From positions 175,360,057 through 175,424,056 of the forward strand of contig NC_092374.1 in NCBI RefSeq assembly GCF_030028105.1: 64,000 bases of DNA, written 5' to 3'. Below, piece after piece: positions 56,281-64,000 of the stretch. The position numbers were made by a program, and so were the translations under genes. The notes under the pieces were generated by a model. It had not been told where the DNA came from. It did not search any database and saw only the letters and a list, made by a program, of their open reading frames with translations. Positions within the stretch are counted from its first letter, which is position 1, and each line of letters opens with the position of its first letter. The DNA is from Mobula birostris. Taxonomy: Eukaryota.

Positions 56281-56869
56281 CGCGTTGTTTAATCCCGGGT
56301 CAGTGATAGGCGATCGTTCCCCAAGCAGGGTCCCAGTTGATGGCTCCAGAGTTGGACAGAGAATAAGGGGACCCGGGGGGTGGGGAATGGTTTGTGTGAC
56401 CCTAACACATCCTCAGAATAGAGGGGTGTCCTTTTAGAACGGAGATGAGGAGGAATATCTTTAGCCAGAGAGCGGCGAGTCTGTGGAACCTGATGAAGAT
56501 TCTCAGCCATAGAAGGATCCCATAAAAGGGATCTTTTTGCATAGATGCTGCCTGGCTTATTGAGTTCCTCCAAAATGTGTGTGTTGCTTGGATTTCTAGC
56601 ATCTGCAGTTTTTCCCTTGTTTGGAATCTGTGGAATTCTTTGCTACAGGCAGCTGTAGAGACCACGTCTTTATGTATATTTAAGACAGTGCTTGAAAGAT
56701 TCTTGATTGGTCATGGCATGAAGCTATATGGGGAGAAGGCAGAAGATTGGGACTGAGGAAATTCGGATCAGCTGTGATGAAATAATGGAACAGACTCAAT
56801 GGGCCAATTGCCTAATTCTGCTCCAGAATAGCCTAATTCTGTTTATGGACTTATGATCTAATATCTCCT

Positions 56870-57160
56870 GCCTAGAAACGGAAGTGTGTTCAGCCGCTTC
56901 CCGCCCACCAGTGGACACAATGTCCGCAGTTGGAAGCCGAAGCTTTAACTCACATATCGCGACCTTCAATTCACGCCAGTTCGAGGGCTGTGACTGAGCG
57001 GGTCCTGACTCACACCGAGATCGCAATTAGAGAGTTTATACCGGGATAATTGTTCTCCTGTTGTCTGAAACAATTACACCGGGGGAAGTAAACCCCTCTC
57101 GGCGAAACAACGTTGGGACTGCAACGTGGGGGCGGGGGTGTAGACATCTTGGCGTCGCAG
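56870..57160. promoter_or_regulatory. CpG-rich promoter/enhancer-like patch
   Basis: About 20 CpG in ~290 bp (hand count); CCTAGAAAC 56871, CGGAAGT 56879, TTCCCGCC 56898, TGACTCA 57006, GGGGGCGGGGG 57128. Confidence 0.35.
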
Positions 57161-57329
57161 CTGAACAGTGGGTGCAGGGTATATGGCCAGGCAGTTTCTT
57201 ACACTAGATCACTGCCCGGAGTTAAATCTGACCAGCCCAGATCCCCAACGTGCCTGTCCTGCATAAACCGACCTCGTTCCATTTTTCTGTCAGTCACGAT
57301 CCTCGTCCTCTTATCAACGTTTCCTTACT

Positions 57330-58330
57330 GAAAAAGTGTATTTCCAGTGTGCCAACACTACAACAGAAACACTATAAACTATAATAATAACTAACACCAA
57401 ATTAAAATATTCCCATCATCCAGGGTACCATTTATACCTTTTCGGTGCCCAACTGTCCCGGAACACCTCCATGGTTGCCGTCGATATGACGTGTTCTTTC
57501 TCCAGCTATAGATGGGTGCAAGTGTATTCCCTGGAAAATTGCCCGTCAGTTTGGGCGGTCCCCTTCGGTACATACCTCCAGGACCCACAGATTGCTAATT
57601 TGGCCATCCCCAGGAGCAAGTTTACCAGGACATCCTCCTCTTGTTCCGCCCCTTCTAGACTGGATGACAAATATAAAGAAGGTGGGGCTAAAATGCAATG
57701 AGAAGGCTAAGTGCACCTGAAGATAGGCAAATAGGGGTCGCAGCCTCGCCACTCCGTGTACAAGCTTATAAAATTATTACAGAGCTCCACTCTGTGTAGC
57801 AGCCTCCACTCCAGGACTCCAATGTACAAGGGAAGGACACCAGAATATCCACTGGGAACTCACTCACTCCCAGGTGAAAATACTGAAAGTATTTATGGTA
57901 TGTATGGACTGTGAAGGGGGGGAAGTGGGCAAAGAAATGAAGGGTACGAAGTGGTAACCCCTATAGGTATTTCCTAACTGCACCTTGGAATGGCATTGTG
58001 GGTGTTGATGAGATATGGCTCAAGTTGTGTGGTACCAGCTCTGAAGTAAGATTTCGGGGCCTGGGTCCGATAAGTAATTCTGACTCAGCGGAATTGCTCC
58101 ACACGTCTGATCCGAACCAATACCCGATGAGGTTGGTTGTTCCGTCAGCCAGGTCCCAGCGAGGCAACCATGTTTTCAGTAGACCCCAATATGCTACAAA
58201 AACCCTATGGACAACTGCACTATCCATAGGGTTGCCATGAGTCGACCAACGGAATCTCGACGGCACTCAACAACAAGTAGACAGTAGGCAACCCCTGCAG
58301 ATCATGAAGGCAGCCACCCCTCCAGAGTAC
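57330..58330 (-). mobile_element. Tx1/L1-like ORF2 C-terminal remnants
   Basis: Minus-strand LVNLLLGMAKLAI, EVFRDSWAP and ELLIGPRPRNL..PHNLS; related to 19200-21130. Confidence 0.55.
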
Positions 58331-58728
58331 TTCATCAGCATGTGCCACCTAGGAGGGTGCTCGGTGTATAGAGGAATTTCTACAAGGTTCTGAAGCAGAG
58401 ATATCATAAGATCATAAGACATAGGAACAGAATTAGACCATTCAGCCCATCGAGTTTGTTCTGGCATTCCTTCATGACTGATTTATTATCCCTCTCAACT
58501 CCATTCTCCTGCCTTCATCTTTGATGTCCTGACTAATGAAGAACCTTTCCACCTCTGTTGTAAATATATCCAATGACTTGACCTCCATAACCTTCTGTGG
58601 CAATGAATTTCACTGATTCACCATCCTCTGGCTAAAGAAATTCCTCCTCATCTCCATCCTAAAGGGATATTCTTGTATTGTGAGGCTGTGTCCGCTGGTC
58701 TTAGAGTGCCCCAGTACAGGAAACAACT

Positions 58729-58827
58729 CACATCAAAGTTGCTGGTGAACGCAGCAGGCCAGGCAGCATCTGTAGGAAGAGGTGCAGTCGACGTTTCAGG
58801 CCGAGACCCTTCGTCAGGACTAACTGA
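58729..58827 (-). mobile_element. 99-bp PLE terminal fragment with 11-bp TSD
   Basis: AGGAAACAACT at 58718-58728 and 58828-58838 inside a CR1 3' fragment. Confidence 0.85.
58786..58821 (-). ncRNA. Minimal hammerhead ribozyme motif, intact core
   Basis: Identical to 36592-36627. Confidence 0.65.
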
Positions 58828-61379
58828 AGGAAACAACTTCTCAACATCCAATCTGTGTAAGCCTTTCAATATTTGATAGGTTTCAATGAGACTCCCTCCC
58901 CTCACCCCCATTCTTCTAAACTCCAGTAAGTACAGGCTCAGACCTATCAAATGCTCCTCATACATTAACCCTTTCATTCCTGGAATCATTCTTATAAACA
59001 TCCTCTGAATGGTGCACATCTTTTCTTAGATAAGGGGCCTAAAACAGCTCATAATACTCCAAGTGCTGCCCAACCATTGCCTTATAAAGAATCAGCAATA
59101 TGTCATTGCATTTATATTCTAGCCCTCTTGAAATGAATGCTAACATTGCATTTGCCATCCTTACCACCAACTCAACATGCAAGTTAACCTTTAGAGAATC
59201 CTGTACAAGGACTCCCAAGTCCCTTTGCACCTCTGATTTTTAAAATTTTCTCCCCATTTAGAAAATAGTCTACATTTTTATTCCTTCTATCAAAGTACAG
59301 CACCATACACTTCCCTACATTATATTCCATCTGCCACTTCCGTGCCCATTCACCTAATCTGTTTAAATCCTTCTGCAGACTCCCTGCTTTTTCAAAACTA
59401 CCTGCCCTTCTATTATTATGGCTGCTTCTTTCCCCTCATACTCACTCTTCTACCTTCTCTCTGTAAGTATCAACTTCTTTACCAATAAGTACCTATCAAT
59501 CTCTGCCATGAATACCTCAAGTCTCCGTGGGAGGAAATTCCACAGATTCACAATCATCTGGATGATAAATTTCTTCATCATCTCAGTTCTAAGGGGACAG
59601 TCCTTTATTCTGAAACAGTATCCTCAAATACTAAGCTGTCCTAATAAATCTCTATGGCCAGCCTCTCCAGGTCTTTCAGTATCTGGCAGATCTGAATGAG
59701 TTTCCACTATCCCTGCGCACCACCCCACCCCACCACCATTCTTCTGAACATCATTGAGTGCAGGCCGAGAGACATCAAATGCTCCTCATAGTCCTCACGT
59801 GCTAAGTTTTTCATCCTTGGGATCATTCTTGCAAACTTCCCCTGGACCCTCTCCACGGCCAGCACATCTTTCTTTAGATATGGGGCCCAAAATATCACAG
59901 TATTCCAAATGAGGCCCGATGAATACTTTATAAACCTCAGTCGTACATCCTTGCTTTTATATTCTTGTCCACTCAAAATGTATGCTAACATTGTATTCGC
60001 CTTCCTTACTATTGAATCTACCTGCAAGTTAATCTTGATGGAATCTTGAACTAGGACTCCCAAGTCCTTCTGCACCTCTGTTTTCTGAATGCTCTCCCAA
60101 TTAAAAAAAAATACACCTTTAGTTTTCCTACCAAAGTGTACAAATCCACACTTCCCTACTCTGCATTTCATCTGCCAAAATTGTACCGACTCTCCCAACC
60201 TGTCCAAGTTTTCTGCCTCTGTAATGTTACCTGCCTCTCTACCTATCTTTGTATCATCTGCAAACTTGGTCACAATGGCATCACTTCCTTTATAAACATT
60301 ATTAATGAATAAAAGTGATGGTCCCAAAACTGACCCTTGTGGAACAACATCCTGAAAGGGACCCTTTTATTTCCTCTCTCTGCTCTTTGCTAATCAGCCA
60401 ATCTTCTATCCATGCACTAGCACCTTGCCTCTAACACCATGGGCTCTCCTTCAGCAGCCTTTAGTGGAGCACTTTGTCAAAGACCTTCTAAAAATCCAAG
60501 TATGTAACATCCAACAACTCCCACAAGAAGCTGGGTGAATTTAGCAAGCAGTCAGCACCTATGGGGAGAAATAAACTTTCATACTGGAAAGGAAGGAGGC
60601 AGAAACCAGAATAAAATGTTGGGGGAAGGGGAACAGCATAAGCTAGCAGGAAATAGGTGAGGGGGAGAAGGCACAAGGGTGGGTAAGGGGGTTAAAAGGG
60701 AATGATGGGAGGTGATAGGTGGAAGAGGCAAAGGGCTGAAGAAGAAGGAATCTGAAAGTGAAGGCAGCTGATGGGCAGATCTTGAGGGCAGGAGAGGGGA
60801 AGAGAAGACGGTTCACATGAAAGGGGAGAAACAAAAGGGGGGAATTGAAAACCTTGGTGAGTGGTTACCAGAAGTTGGAGAAATCAGTGTTAATCCTATT
60901 GGACCATCAGACACATCTTCACCTCCCATACCCTCTCCGTGATTCCCTCTCCACTCAGCCCTCCCACCAATCTCCCTTCAGGAATTTATCCCTGCAACTA
61001 TGCTATGTATTACACCTGCCCCTATTCCTCCTCCTTCACCACCATTCGAGGCCCTAAACAGACCTTCTGGGTGAGGGAACACTCACCTGTGAGTCTATCG
61101 GGATCATTTCCTGCATCTGGTGCTCTAGTGCAGCCTCCTCTACATTAGTGAGGTCCAACATAGATTGGGGGACTGCTTTGTCAAAAACCTTTGCTCCATC
61201 TGCAGCAACAGGCAGGATCTCCTGGTAGCTACCATTTTCAATTCTGCTTCCCACTTGAAAAATGGCATTATACCCATCCATGGCATATACTGCCATGCTG
61301 AGGCCAGATGCAGGTTGGAGGAGTAACTCCACATATTCTGTCTTGGTCCCTCTGGTATCTCTGGCAACTTAATGTACAA

Positions 61380-63940
61380 ATTTCAGCTTCTCATAGACTG
61401 TGTAAGGGAACCGGAACTGGAGTGGGATGAACTGCAGATCATTCAGGAGGCTGTGGAGTTAACTGAGAGATGATACAATTCTGAGATTAAATTTCTTGCC
61501 GGCAATCACAGTAAATACAAGAAACACAATAGAATCAATGAAAGACCACACCTAACAGGCCAACAACCAATAAACTGCGCAAATACAAAAAGAAAGGGAC
61601 AGAGATAAAAAATACCAATAATATATAAATAAACAAGTATCAATAACATGAGACAAAGCCTTTTAAAGTGAATCAAGTTCAGTGGTGGGGTGAGTGAAAT
61701 TACCCTCTCTAGTTCAAAAGCCTGTTGGTTGAGGGGTAGTAACTGTTCCTAAACCTGGTGGTGTGAGTCCTGGGGCTCCTGTACCCTCTTCCTGTTGGCA
61801 GCAGTGAGAAGAAGATATGGCCTGAATGGTGGGCGTCTCTGTTGATGGATGCTTAGTTGCATCTAAGGTGCAGGACATGGGTAACTGGGTGACTGTTGGG
61901 AGAAGGAAGGGGGATAACTGCCAGTAGAGCGTATCCTATGACTGTTTCCCTCAGTAACAATTACACTGCTCTGGATATTGTTGGGGGTGGGGTGTACATC
62001 CTAGCAGAGGTAAGGCTCCGCGGTCAGGTCTCTGACACTAAGCCTGGTTCTGTGATTCAGAAGGGATGGAGAGGGGGAAGAAGAGGTGAGCAGTAATGAA
62101 AAGGAAGCAGAGTTGCAGGAGGGATGGGAACCAGAGTGCCAGGGCAGATAGTGGAGTGGTTGCGGGAAAAGATGTTGTTGAGCCTACATACAAAGACAGG
62201 AATTGAAAGGTTGAGCATGGGGGAGGGGAGGAATATTGTTCTGAGTGGCATCTATTTCAATGGAGGAGAATTGTAGGGGTGGCAGATGAGCTTAAATCAT
62301 CTGAATTTTCATGTCAACACATGAAATTTTGACATCTTAGCTATTAGTGAGAGTTTGTTGCAAAAACAATAAACTGTGCAAATACAAAAAGAGAGAAAGG
62401 AAAGCCTGACAGCTCAATGTTCTGGGATTTAGTTGAGTTAGATGTGATAGGGGGTGAGGTATTAAATGAGGAGGGGTAGCATTACTAGCCAGGGAAAATG
62501 TCACAGCAAAACTCAATCAGGCCGGATAGGAAGGCTCCTCTACTGAGGCTGTATGGGTGGAACTGAGGACCATGTTAATAGAATTATCTGACAGACCACC
62601 CAACAATCAGTCAATTTAGAGGAAGAAACTTGTAGTGAGATAGCGGACAGTTGCAAGTAAACTAAAGTTGTGAAATAGGTGATTTTAACTTTCCATATAT
62701 TGACTGGGACTCCCATACTGTAAAAGGGCTGGATGGGATAGAGTTTATCAAATGTGTTTGAGAAACTTTGCTTAACCAGTTCACCCAGTTAAGGAGAGTG
62801 CAATACTGGATCTACTATTAGGGAATGAGACAGGACAGGTAACAGAAGTTTGTGTAGGGGAACACTTTACATCCAGTGATATTAATGCCATTAGTTTCAA
62901 AATAATTGTGGAGAAAGATAGGTCTGGTCCTGGGGCTGAGATTCTAAATAGGAAAAAGCCCTGTTCTGATGGCATCAGGAAGTACCTGGCAAGTGTGAAA
63001 TGGGATAGGTTGCTTTCAGGGAAAAGAATGCTTGGTAAGTGAGAGGCATTCAAAAGTGATCCTGGATGATAATATGGTAAACTGGGTGAAAAAAAATTGA
63101 GGATGACACCAAGATTGTGGGTGTAGTGGAAAGTGAGGAAGGCTGTCAAAGCATGCAGTGGGGTCTGGACCAGATGGAAAAATGACAGATGGAATTTAAT
63201 GCAGACAAATGTGAAGTATTGCACTTTGGGAGGACAGATCGGAATAGACTAACACAATGAATACTAGGACACTGAGGAGTATGGTAGGTCAGAGGGATCT
63301 GGGAACACAGATTTATAATTCCTTGAAAGTGGCATCATAGGTAGATAACTTTATGAAGAGCACTTCTCGCATATTGCCCTTCATAAATCAAAGTATGAGT
63401 ACAGAAAATGGGATGTTATGTTGAAGTTGTATAAGATATTGATGAGATCAAATTTGGAGAATTGTGTACCTACATGAAATATATCAATAATATTCAAAGA
63501 GTACAGAGAAAATTTAGATGGATGTATTTGGAACTTATGGACCTCTGCTACAAGAAAAGGTGGAATAAGTTAGGACTTTATTCCATGGAATGTAGATGAA
63601 TGAGATGAGATTTGATAGATGAATACCAAATTATATAAAAATGAAGGGTATTGGTAAGGTAAATACAAGCAGCATTTCCCCCACAGAGGTTTAGTGTGAC
63701 CGTAACCAGAAGTTACAGGTTATGGGGATCCTGAAGGGGAACTTCTTCACTCAGAGGGTGGTATGAATGTGGAATAAGCCGCCAGTGAAAGTAGTGAATG
63801 CAGGTTTGGTCGAAACATTTAAGAGAAGTTTCAAAAAGTACATGGATGGGAGGAGTATGGAGGGCTATGGTCCAGGTGCAGGCTTATGGGATTAGGGAAA
63901 ATAGTATGGCATGGTTAGTGTGATATGGGCTAGATGGACT
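61380..63940 (+). mobile_element. Old, heavily deleted CR1 (ORF1 to 3' end)
   Basis: Short CR1-like stretches (ELEWDELQII, AILDLLLGNE, ADKCEVLHFGR) broken by stops and frameshifts. Confidence 0.65.
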
Positions 63941-64000
63941 AAAACTCTATGGAAGTCTCAATCCTGTAGCACTGATATTGATTTTTCTAACGTACAGTAA

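Overview
Vertebrate genomic DNA, most likely a cartilaginous fish (ray/shark; inferred from the MHC sequence and the repeat families). The only host gene I can support is an MHC class II alpha-chain gene on the + strand. It has four coding exons (18842-18908, 29194-29442, 30838-31119, 41575-41720), all GT-AG with phase-1 junctions, which join into an intact 247-aa ORF: leader, alpha1, alpha2 Ig-C1, then connecting peptide/TM/tail. A probable non-coding exon 5 with a poly(A) signal lies at 56107-~56255, so the gene spans about 37.5 kb. The proximal promoter has a clear X1-X2-Y module. A second X-X2-Y-like module with identical spacing and an adjacent CTCF-like site lies about 14.8 kb upstream. 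Most of the remaining sequence is transposable-element debris: CR1 LINEs (one near full length in intron 3), Rex/Babar and Tx1-like LINEs, a decayed BEL/Pao LTR element in intron 4, four solo LTRs upstream, a Tc1/mariner-type MITE and many Penelope-like (PLE) fragments. The PLE termini carry a 36-nt minimal hammerhead-ribozyme motif, often inside short fold-back insertions with 11-14 bp target-site duplications. Nearly all ORFs in the supplied track are TE fragments or chance ORFs. TE family names and protein alignments come from recalled motifs, not database searches, and TE boundaries without a TSD are approximate.
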